A stretch of 31,153 nucleotides of DNA from a virus. Its lineage: Duplodnaviria > Heunggongvirae > Uroviricota > Caudoviricetes. Below the pieces are notes generated by a model. The model was not told the origin of the DNA. It made no database searches and saw nothing but the letters and a program-made list of their open reading frames with translations. Made by a program: the position numbers and the translations under genes. Of the stretch, positions 8,242 to 15,715 are shown piece by piece (the stretch's first letter is position 1; the number at the start of each line of letters is the position of its first letter). The stretch is from positions 1 to 31,153 of the IMG/VR virus record IMGVR_UViG_2671180603_000011. One strand, given 5' to 3'.

Positions 8242-9197
8242 AAGGTATTCTGAACCAGCGCTCACCGCTCAAATGGGCGGGCGGCAAATTCAGTATCATG
8301 CCGCAGCTGCGCGAATATTTACCCAAAGCCGCCTGCCTGATCGAACCCTTCGTGGGCGGCGGCTCGGTCTTCATGAACACGGATTATGACTATTACGTAT
8401 TGTGTGACAGCAACCCCACGCTGATTAATTTCTACCAGCAACTGACGACCAACACCACGGAATTAATGGATCGTGCATGGTCGCTCTTTAAGGATGGCGG
8501 CACACCGGAAGCCTACAAACGCCATCGCGGGGCATTTAACACCATCGCGCTGGCCACCGACAGATTACGCGGCGAATCCCTGGAATGGGCAGCGCTGTTT
8601 CTGTACCTGAACCGCCATTGCTTTAACGGCCTGTACCGCACCAACCAAAAAGGCGAATTCAATGTGCCATTCGGCAAACACCGCATGCCTTATTTCCCCT
8701 GCCAGGAAATGCGCCTGTTTGCTGATAAAGCCAACGAGACCCGGACCCGCTTTATTCACGCGGATTTCCGTACAGCCTTCACAATGCCGGCTGAGATCCG
8801 CCGTTTTTCTTCGGTGCACGGCGATATCGCCATTTACTGCGATCCGCCCTACCTGCCACCGGACGGTAAAGAGGCGTTCACTCACTACAACGGCCGGGCA
8901 TTTACCCGCAAAGACCACCGTGACCTTGCGGCGCTCATGATGAACGCCTGGCAGCGTTACGGTATCCACCCGGTGGTCTCCAACAGTGACACCTCCGAAA
9001 CCCGGCAGATCTATTCCTCGTTTGAGCTGCACACCCTGAGCGTTCGCCGCGCTGTGGCTGCCAGCAGCAGTGCACGCCAGCAGGCAAAAGAGGTGATTGG
9101 TGTTTATCCGCCAGCCCGTGAGGTCCGGATCCGGGATGTCAATGCGGGCTGGCTGTCTCACATTCCCGCTCCACACCCCACCACGGAGATCATGTAA
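8238..9197 (+). CDS. DNA N6-adenine methyltransferase, Dam/D12 class
   Basis: AdoMet-binding motif EPFVGGGSV near the N-terminus and catalytic DPPY (IYCDPPYLP, DNA 8840-8851); has a roughly 60-aa C-terminal extension. Target sequence cannot be read from the protein. Confidence 0.85.
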   Translation: MKGILNQRSPLKWAGGKFSIMPQLREYLPKAACLIEPFVGGGSVFMNTDYDYYVLCDSNPTLINFYQQLTTNTTELMDRAWSLFKDGGTPEAYKRHRGAFNTIALATDRLRGESLEWAALFLYLNRHCFNGLYRTNQKGEFNVPFGKHRMPYFPCQEMRLFADKANETRTRFIHADFRTAFTMPAEIRRFSSVHGDIAIYCDPPYLPPDGKEAFTHYNGRAFTRKDHRDLAALMMNAWQRYGIHPVVSNSDTSETRQIYSSFELHTLSVRRAVAASSSARQQAKEVIGVYPPAREVRIRDVNAGWLSHIPAPHPTTEIM

Positions 9198-9508
9198 TGG
9201 CCGTTATCTATATCGCTGGCCCCATGACGGGGAAGCCTGATTTCAACCGCACCGCCTTCACCATGACGGCGACCCGCCTGAGGATGCAGGGTCATACCGT
9301 ACTCAACCCCGCAACACTCCCTGACGGGCTGAGATACAGGGACTACATGCTTATCGGGAGCGCCATGCTGCACTGTGCCGATGTGATTTACCTGCTGGAT
9401 GGCTGGGAGGACTCGCCGGGGGCAAAAGAGGAACACGCCACCGCCCTGAAACTGAATCTGATCATCTCCACACCAGAAAGCCGTAAGGAGGCCAAATCAT
9501 GTTTCTGA
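9197..9508 (+). CDS. DUF4406-like protein (nucleoside 2-deoxyribosyltransferase-like fold)
   Basis: N-terminal MAVIYIAGPMTGKPDFN matches the characteristic IYIAGPMTG opening of this family (recalled); ATG overlaps the TAA of the methyltransferase (ATGTAATGG). Confidence 0.55.
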   Translation: MAVIYIAGPMTGKPDFNRTAFTMTATRLRMQGHTVLNPATLPDGLRYRDYMLIGSAMLHCADVIYLLDGWEDSPGAKEEHATALKLNLIISTPESRKEAKSCF

Positions 9509-10053
9509 AACCAATGGGGGTACCAGGTAAAGCACCGAAGCACGTCAGTGCCTGGACACAACAGGAAGACGAACTGCTTATCTCGCTTTATCAGGATCAC
9601 AGCACATGGCAAATGGCTGAACGACTTCAGCGAACCCGCAGCGCAGTGATGCACCGGATTCTTTTTTTACGTAATCGCGGGTTGATTGGTCGCAAGAAAA
9701 AAGCACCGCTGAGTGCAGAAGCCATCGCCTTTCTCATCAAAAACCGTCACGCAAAAACCGCACGGGAACTGGCCCGGAAGGCGGGATGCAGCGAGTGCAC
9801 CGTGAGGTACACACTGCATAAACGGGGTTACAGCCTTAAGAAATGCGGCGAGAGCCACCATTGCACCAGATACAGCGATCGTCTGACTGAGCTGGTTACG
9901 GAGTTACGCGACAGACGCAACATGACGTTCTGCATGATCGCGAAACACATCAACATCACGATGCAAATGCACATCAGCGATGATACGGCGTTTCACCTCT
10001 ACAACCGCCGGACCGCCGCCGACGCCCTGCTGTACGAACTGCTGCCGAACTGA
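9499..10053 (+). CDS. Putative DNA-binding protein with tandem HTH/Myb-like repeats
   Basis: 184 aa; three repeats with helix-turn-helix character (W-x17-W Myb-like spacing in the first; TARELARKAGCSECTVRYTL in the second); AAGGAG eight nt upstream of the ATG. Confidence 0.45.
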   Translation: MFLKPMGVPGKAPKHVSAWTQQEDELLISLYQDHSTWQMAERLQRTRSAVMHRILFLRNRGLIGRKKKAPLSAEAIAFLIKNRHAKTARELARKAGCSECTVRYTLHKRGYSLKKCGESHHCTRYSDRLTELVTELRDRRNMTFCMIAKHINITMQMHISDDTAFHLYNRRTAADALLYELLPN

Positions 10054-10169
10054 GTGATCATCATGCACACACAAAAAAACCGCTTGCCATGCCGCAATCA
10101 GTCAGGTTACATTTCCGCTGCACCTCATAAAACGGGTGCCGGGATTGAGACCCCGCTGACAAACGTAGC

Positions 10170-10196
10170 GCACAACCGCGCCAGCGGTTTTTTTGT
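10170..10196 (+). terminator. Rho-independent terminator candidate within the early region
   Basis: ACCGC-gcca-GCGGT stem-loop immediately followed by TTTTTTT (10188-10194). Confidence 0.5.
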
Positions 10197-10240
10197 GCGT
10201 ACCGTATCGTCACACCTTTTTCGCACACGAATTATGGTGG

Positions 10241-10306
10241 GGCGTACAGGGCCGACTTCGGTCGGGCCGGGTTCTGCGTTTGCCGGTAGTCTCAACCCTG
10301 TACGTC
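10241..10306 (+). other. Predicted structured element: 9 to 11 bp closing stem enclosing two hairpins
   Basis: CGTACAGGG (10243-10251) is the exact reverse complement of CCCTGTACG (10296-10304); enclosed are CCGAC-ttcg-GTCGG (UUCG-type tetraloop) and a CCGG...CCGG hairpin. Strand and function unknown. Confidence 0.3.
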
Positions 10307-10373
10307 TCACCACCCCGAGTTTGAGACCTCTGGATGGTGAGTTTTCAAAACTTACACACGTAGAGGCCACACC

Positions 10374-10601
10374 ATGGCAAACCGCAAACAACAGCGCGCC
10401 TACGCTGCGCGTCGTCACATCCAGACTGAAATCAACCGCAGACTTTTCCGCGCCTTCCGCGTCGCGCATATCATGCACATCAATATGCTGCATGAGCACA
10501 GTCACGCACTGTCAAACACCTATTCCGCCGCTGTTTTCAGCTATCTGGCGGATGATCTGCGCGGGCTGCGGGACCTCATTAACCAGCACTACCACCACTA
10601 A
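10374..10601 (+). CDS. Hypothetical small basic protein
   Basis: 75 aa ORF with AGAGG upstream; conflicts in frame with the long low-complexity ORF at 10054..10683, which I consider spurious. Confidence 0.3.
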   Translation: MANRKQQRAYAARRHIQTEINRRLFRAFRVAHIMHINMLHEHSHALSNTYSAAVFSYLADDLRGLRDLINQHYHH

Positions 10602-10669
10602 TCAACATCCCGAAGCCATCCCGCATCCATACGCGGGAGGCTTCCGCACGTCCGTTTCCGGAGGTTCTC

Positions 10670-11083
10670 ATGAAGAGCGTTAAGGGACTTTCAGATATTC
10701 AGGATTTTTTTAACTGGATGTGGGCGGTGGATCCACGCCTCGCTTCCCGTCTCAATGACCTGCACGACTATTACCGCCGCGCCTGTAAACAGGCCGCCAG
10801 CAGCGCCACCACATACGGTGACTTTTCCTTCACCGTTGACGACCGTTACCGCGTGGACGTCAGAGACCAGAACAACAGCCTGGAGCTGGGCCTGTTCCAC
10901 ATCAACGGACTCGACAGCAGTGTTATCAGCTGGTCATCGTCAGAAATGGTGCTCGTTCTGGAAATGACCACCCACAGCGTGGTCGTGAAAGGGATTAAAA
11001 CGGCAGAAGACTTTATCGCTGAATACCAGCGTCTTCTTGTGCTGTACCGGGCTGCATTTCAGAAGGCAACAGCAGGGGAGTAA
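10670..11083 (+). CDS. Hypothetical protein immediately upstream of the replication gene (P2 B-like position)
   Basis: 137 aa; GGAGG five nt upstream of the ATG; position only, no motif recognised. Confidence 0.45.
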   Translation: MKSVKGLSDIQDFFNWMWAVDPRLASRLNDLHDYYRRACKQAASSATTYGDFSFTVDDRYRVDVRDQNNSLELGLFHINGLDSSVISWSSSEMVLVLEMTTHSVVVKGIKTAEDFIAEYQRLLVLYRAAFQKATAGE

Positions 11084-11088
11084 GCGGA

Positions 11089-13605
11089 ATGAGCCATCAC
11101 AACACACACCTGGCGTACCCGTGGAATGCCCCGCTGCCGGTTATTGATCCTGAGACGTTCGGCAGAGCGTTACCGCAGAAGCCAACCGCATTACAACGGG
11201 CAATCCGGGACTACCTCACCGAAGACATTCGCACTGAGGCCCGGCTGGATGAAGAAACCGTGGTCTTCCTGACAACCACGGACAAAGGCAAACAAATTAA
11301 TTCACACCTTCACCGGGACGAAGAGCGGCAGACAAGGTTGGATAAGCTGGCACGACACAGACGCGAAAATCCGCCAACGGAGGTATCGGAAGCGATAGCC
11401 GAACTTCGCGCCCTGCCACCGTTTCTTGCCAGCGTGCTGATCCGCGATCTGGCACGCCTGAACCGGAAACAGCAAAGCGCCCGCAGCAAAGGTGTAAAAA
11501 ACAATAGCGCATACGTGGCCGATAACTTCGTTCGCCGTGGACTGCGCGCGCGCCTGAAACGTATCGAACGGGTTAACGACCGCTTTGCAACGCCGGCATT
11601 CAAATCCAGTGTCATACGCCATCGCCTTGAAGAGCTGCTCATGCTGCCGCAACTCAGCCGCGACAAGATCCAGCGCATCGCCACACTGACTGCGCAGTTC
11701 TTTACCGCAGAATTTGAACGCATATGTGATGAAGTTCCTGAACAGACCGGAAAGAATAATGACAGCCCGGTTATCTGGCTGCTGGCCTACCAGAAGATGG
11801 CACGCATAGCCTTAACGCTGGGCGTGATCCCGCCATACTGGCCGGAACTCGAAATCAGGCACAACCGACGCACACCGCCGGACCCTGAACTGATACCGGG
11901 TGCGGTACTGCGCATCACCTGCGCGACCTGGTGGAACAACCAGTTACGCCACATCGCCGATCTCTGGCGGGAGGAGTTACTGCGTGCCGCCGGCAGAGTG
12001 TCACGTAAACAATCCCCTTATATCAGCCATGAATCACTACTGGAGTTTCGCGAGAAGCGCCAGCGCACCCGTGATTTTCTCAAAAGCTGGGATATTGAAA
12101 ACGAAGACGGCGAGCGCCTGAGTCTGGAGGAAGTGTACTGGGCGGGCCCGGGAAATCCACGCAACCGCCGCAATGAAATGATGGTCTGCGTCAGAGGGAT
12201 GGAGATGGTAGCCGAATTGCGGGGTGACGTCGCATTCTTCATCACGGTAACAGCCCCTTCCCGCTTTCACAGCGTGAACGAAGACGGCAGCCTGAACCCG
12301 AAATACAACGGTGCCACTGTACGCGATACCAGTGATTATCTGGTTTACGACTTCTTCGCAGCCGTAAGAAAAAAAATCAAAAAAGAGGGGCTGGGCTGGT
12401 ACGGCGTGCGAACCGCTGAGCCACACCATGACGGCACGCCACACTGGCATATGCTGGTATTCACGTCCCCTGAGAACGCAGAGCGCATCATCGAAATTAT
12501 GCGCGACGCAGCGATTAAATCAGATCGCCACGAACTGGGGGACGATATTTCGCCGCGCTTTGAATGCGAGAAGATAGATCCGGAAAAAGGGTCGCCGGCA
12601 AGCTATATCGCAACCTATATCGGTAAGAACCTGGACGCCAGCGCCTTCCACAACAATGATCCGAAAACCGGAAAACCTTACGTCGATAAGGAATCCGGGA
12701 AAACCATGGCGGAAACCGTGGAGAACGCCATTGCATGGGCGAGCCTTCACCGCATACGTCAGTTCCAGTTTTTCGGCATTCCGCCCCGCCAGGTGTGGCG
12801 AGAACTCCGCCGCCTTGCAAGCCAGATGGAGCGCAACCCGGCATCACCGAAGCGACTCGATCATGGAGATATTGACGCCATTATGGCCGCCGCAGACGTG
12901 GGGTGTTTTGCCACCTACATCATGAAACAGGGTGGCGTGCTTATTCCACGCAACCAGTATCTGGTCCGCACCGCATACAAAACCGCAGACGAAGCTAATG
13001 ACTACGGCGAATTCCCGCAGCGCATCTACGGAATTTGCGCCCCGTCACTCGGGGAACGGTACACCATCTGCACCCATCCGGATGAGTGGAAACTGGTCAG
13101 AAAAGAATCTGACGCCGACAACAGCACGGACGAGGGTTTTGACCTTCGGGGCGGCTTCGCCGCACCTTGGACTCGTGGCAATAACTGTCCCGGTGACGAA
13201 AAAACAGCCGGAACCGGCACAGAAAACAGGCAGCGTGGGTCGCGGCTGACGCTTCCGGAAAGCGGCCTGGCGCACTGGTTGCAGACGTTAACCCGTCACG
13301 AGCGGAAACAGCTCATCAGACAGCTTAAAAATCAGCCGCCCACCACGGATACCGGACAAAATAACACCAGACCAGCATCAGACACCCCTGTCAGGGTGGA
13401 GGTTGTCGTGCCTGTCGACACCACGACCATCGCACAAATCACCCGCGAACTCGACGCGCTGGGTGTGCAGCTGCCTGACGCAGCCATTATTTCCGTGAGT
13501 AACGGTGCCCGCGTTCGCCCGGGCGACGGGCGTATCGCGTACTGGAGCGCCACAACCCGCCGTATCGTCATCACACAGGAGTCGTCAGCGGAGGTAAGAT
13601 CATGA
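11089..13605 (+). CDS. Rolling-circle replication initiation endonuclease, P2 gpA-like (HUH superfamily)
   Basis: 838 aa; HUH metal-binding motif TPHWHMLVF (DNA about 12421-12462) and paired active-site tyrosines YIATYIGKN (about 12601-12630) with the Y-x3-Y spacing known from P2 A. Confidence 0.85.
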   Translation: MSHHNTHLAYPWNAPLPVIDPETFGRALPQKPTALQRAIRDYLTEDIRTEARLDEETVVFLTTTDKGKQINSHLHRDEERQTRLDKLARHRRENPPTEVSEAIAELRALPPFLASVLIRDLARLNRKQQSARSKGVKNNSAYVADNFVRRGLRARLKRIERVNDRFATPAFKSSVIRHRLEELLMLPQLSRDKIQRIATLTAQFFTAEFERICDEVPEQTGKNNDSPVIWLLAYQKMARIALTLGVIPPYWPELEIRHNRRTPPDPELIPGAVLRITCATWWNNQLRHIADLWREELLRAAGRVSRKQSPYISHESLLEFREKRQRTRDFLKSWDIENEDGERLSLEEVYWAGPGNPRNRRNEMMVCVRGMEMVAELRGDVAFFITVTAPSRFHSVNEDGSLNPKYNGATVRDTSDYLVYDFFAAVRKKIKKEGLGWYGVRTAEPHHDGTPHWHMLVFTSPENAERIIEIMRDAAIKSDRHELGDDISPRFECEKIDPEKGSPASYIATYIGKNLDASAFHNNDPKTGKPYVDKESGKTMAETVENAIAWASLHRIRQFQFFGIPPRQVWRELRRLASQMERNPASPKRLDHGDIDAIMAAADVGCFATYIMKQGGVLIPRNQYLVRTAYKTADEANDYGEFPQRIYGICAPSLGERYTICTHPDEWKLVRKESDADNSTDEGFDLRGGFAAPWTRGNNCPGDEKTAGTGTENRQRGSRLTLPESGLAHWLQTLTRHERKQLIRQLKNQPPTTDTGQNNTRPASDTPVRVEVVVPVDTTTIAQITRELDALGVQLPDAAIISVSNGARVRPGDGRIAYWSATTRRIVITQESSAEVRS

Positions 13606-14033
13606 CGCGATTTCACTGCACCATGCAGCGTCAGCAGTTCGACGCCGTTATGCGCCAGCGCACGCCAGCCATGACACTGAGAGGCGTAGCCACAAGACCA
13701 CAGCCCGGGGACGAACTGGAAATCACGGTGGCCAGCCCCGATCGCACCACCACAACCACCATCACCGACATACTTAACAGGCGACCGGGCAGTGAATATC
13801 AGAGCTGGACCATTGCCGTTCGCCCACGCCGTTCGCCGGAAGAACCGGAGCCGCTCACCCCGGCCGGAAAAATCATGCAGAAGTACCACGAAGAGCAGGC
13901 CCGCAAACACAATGTCGCGCTGGCCAGAACACTGACTGCCGTCAATCGCAAGGCCGCACTGGCGCGAAGGGTCTTTTCATCGCAGCACCCTTCATTCGCC
14001 AGACCGGCACAACACAGGAGAGATCCACAATGA
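13602..14033 (+). CDS. Hypothetical protein translationally coupled to the replication gene
   Basis: 143 aa; ATG overlaps the gpA-like stop (ATGA). Confidence 0.4.
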   Translation: MTRFHCTMQRQQFDAVMRQRTPAMTLRGVATRPQPGDELEITVASPDRTTTTTITDILNRRPGSEYQSWTIAVRPRRSPEEPEPLTPAGKIMQKYHEEQARKHNVALARTLTAVNRKAALARRVFSSQHPSFARPAQHRRDPQ

Positions 14034-14278
14034 GAGAGCAATTACCAGACACCGTGCCAGTACAGGAAATCAAAGAAAATATCAGGCAACAACTTCACGG
14101 ATTTTATATTACTTATGATTTGTGGCTGAAAAACGGAGCAAATCCAGACGGAATATTTTCGCGAAACTGTGGTTTATGCGCCAGCCTCTGGGATTATCTC
14201 GAATTAACGGGTGCTGATAAAGAAGCCGCACTGGGGCTATTGCACATTGATTTCAGAAATGCCGGGCGAACCGCATAG
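14030..14278 (+). CDS. Hypothetical protein
   Basis: 82 aa; lower GC than the surrounding genes; last gene of the rightward early/replication string. Confidence 0.4.
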   Translation: MREQLPDTVPVQEIKENIRQQLHGFYITYDLWLKNGANPDGIFSRNCGLCASLWDYLELTGADKEAALGLLHIDFRNAGRTA

Positions 14279-14333
14279 CGGTGAGTCTGTCAGGGCGAGG
14301 AAGCGGAAGATCCACCGCCCCACAGAATGGCAC

Positions 14334-14609
14334 TTACGCGCCATCACTGAGCAGAATATCCAGTGCCATTTGCCTTTCGTCTGGTTTAAGGCGCTGGAGC
14401 AATGCTTTAACGACACCATCAGTTTGCAGGTCACTGGGTGAAATCACGCGAAGATCGGAAAGATTGAGCGAAAAACGCATATTACAGTCAGAATTAGTGC
14501 AGGTGCAATAAACTACCGCCAGCGTTTTTGCGTCATCCTGCCATGCAGTTTTGCGTATAGCCGCCCGGCAGTGACACGCCGGACATTCAATTTTCATCAC
14601 ACCCGCCAT
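14334..14609 (-). CDS. Ogr/Delta-family zinc-finger late-gene transcriptional activator
   Basis: Cys pattern CPACHC ... CTCTNSDC (C-x2-C-x22-C-x4-C) characteristic of P2 Ogr, P4 Delta and 186 B; about 90 aa. An alternative start at the MKIEC Met (14597) is possible. Confidence 0.7.
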   Translation of the reverse strand: MAGVMKIECPACHCRAAIRKTAWQDDAKTLAVVYCTCTNSDCNMRFSLNLSDLRVISPSDLQTDGVVKALLQRLKPDERQMALDILLSDGA

Positions 14610-14659
14610 AACCCCCCCACAATCTGACCGGTTGCAGGGGTAATATAGTCTTTTTCGGG

Positions 14660-15715
14660 TTATTTTTCATCAGCCAGCGCAGACACCACATTTTCCACAT
14701 CTTCCAGCGTAAAATTAAGGTGTAACGACGGGGGGATTTCGGGCTCGCTGTTCACAGCCTGCATGAATTTACGGCAGACAGGTGTCACTTCATCCCGTCC
14801 ATAGGTTGTCCTTGCCTTATCGGGATCGCCAAGTCCGCTCGCATTTTGCGGGATAATACCGGCAAGACCAGCCGGAAAGCGGTGCGCCGTAAGAACATCC
14901 TGAGCGCTGATATTCTTCACATTTGAAAACTCATCTTTTTGCTGATTATCCCCAACCGGAATAATTTTAATCCCGTCCGGTTGCCCTTTTGGGATACTGA
15001 TAAACATGTTACGGAAATTCCCAAGCCCGTTACCGCTCTCTATTTTTTTACGTATAGCTTCTTCAGCCTCAACAGACATATTCGGGTCGGACGCGTACAT
15101 GATGAACCCCATATGCGCACCGTTGTGATAGTAGCGACGTCTGAAAATGGTCGCCTCACTGTTCAGTAACGCTGAATGAATACCACCGATATAATCAGGC
15201 AGTCCATAAATCTGCTGTCGCGGATCATGCATACGTAAAAACACAACATCAGACGGCGAATAGACCAGCGGCTCGCCCTCCTGTAACACGATAAAATCAA
15301 GTTGCTTGCTACGACGCAGATACAAAGACGGTAATGGTGCCAGCGCCACCACCCGTCCCCACCCGTTACGGACCTTCAGAATGGCCACATCACCAAACAG
15401 CAGGTAGTCAAAGACAGCCATTTCCATCTGATCGGTCGTCAGTCCACCCCCCTGGTAGCTGGCACACACCATATTTTTGCGTGCATACAGTACGCCGCCA
15501 TGCTGGGCGTTAAGATTCGGCAACTGCGCGAGCGCAAGTCTGTCTATTGGTAGTGTCCAGTAGTTGTAGCTACCGTTATACCAGACGTTGATGTATTCCG
15601 TGCCGGTAGTCAGTATCGGTTCCGGCTCCCCGAAAGTGATAATATTGCCGCGTCCGGGAGTAAAATTTTCTGTCTGTGCCCGTTTACGCAGGCGTGCGCT
15701 TTTACGTTTACTCAT
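14660..15715 (-). CDS. Portal protein (P2 gpQ-like)
   Basis: About 351 aa, similar in length to P2 Q; lies immediately downstream of the terminase ATPase with an ATGA start/stop overlap at 15712-15715. The track ORF starts seven codons earlier at 15736. Confidence 0.75.
   Translation of the reverse strand: MSKRKSARLRKRAQTENFTPGRGNIITFGEPEPILTTGTEYINVWYNGSYNYWTLPIDRLALAQLPNLNAQHGGVLYARKNMVCASYQGGGLTTDQMEMAVFDYLLFGDVAILKVRNGWGRVVALAPLPSLYLRRSKQLDFIVLQEGEPLVYSPSDVVFLRMHDPRQQIYGLPDYIGGIHSALLNSEATIFRRRYYHNGAHMGFIMYASDPNMSVEAEEAIRKKIESGNGLGNFRNMFISIPKGQPDGIKIIPVGDNQQKDEFSNVKNISAQDVLTAHRFPAGLAGIIPQNASGLGDPDKARTTYGRDEVTPVCRKFMQAVNSEPEIPPSLHLNFTLEDVENVVSALADEK

Noticed and set aside
8565-9176. 203-aa minus-strand ORF antisense to the Dam methyltransferase gene
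   Set aside because: The methyltransferase frame carries the diagnostic DPPY and FxGxG motifs; the antisense frame has none and is typical GC-rich shadow ORF.
10054-10683. 209-aa ORF on the plus strand spanning the gap between the HTH gene and the gene at 10670
   Set aside because: The translation is low-complexity and Ser/Thr/Pro/Arg-rich with no ribosome-binding site, and it runs across a terminator hairpin and stem-loop structures. It is more likely non-coding DNA in an open frame; the competing 10374..10601 ORF and the structured elements are reported instead.
11297-11723. Minus-strand ORFs nested inside the replication gene
   Set aside because: Embedded in a long motif-bearing reading frame on the opposite strand; Arg/Ser-rich compositions indicate frame artefacts.
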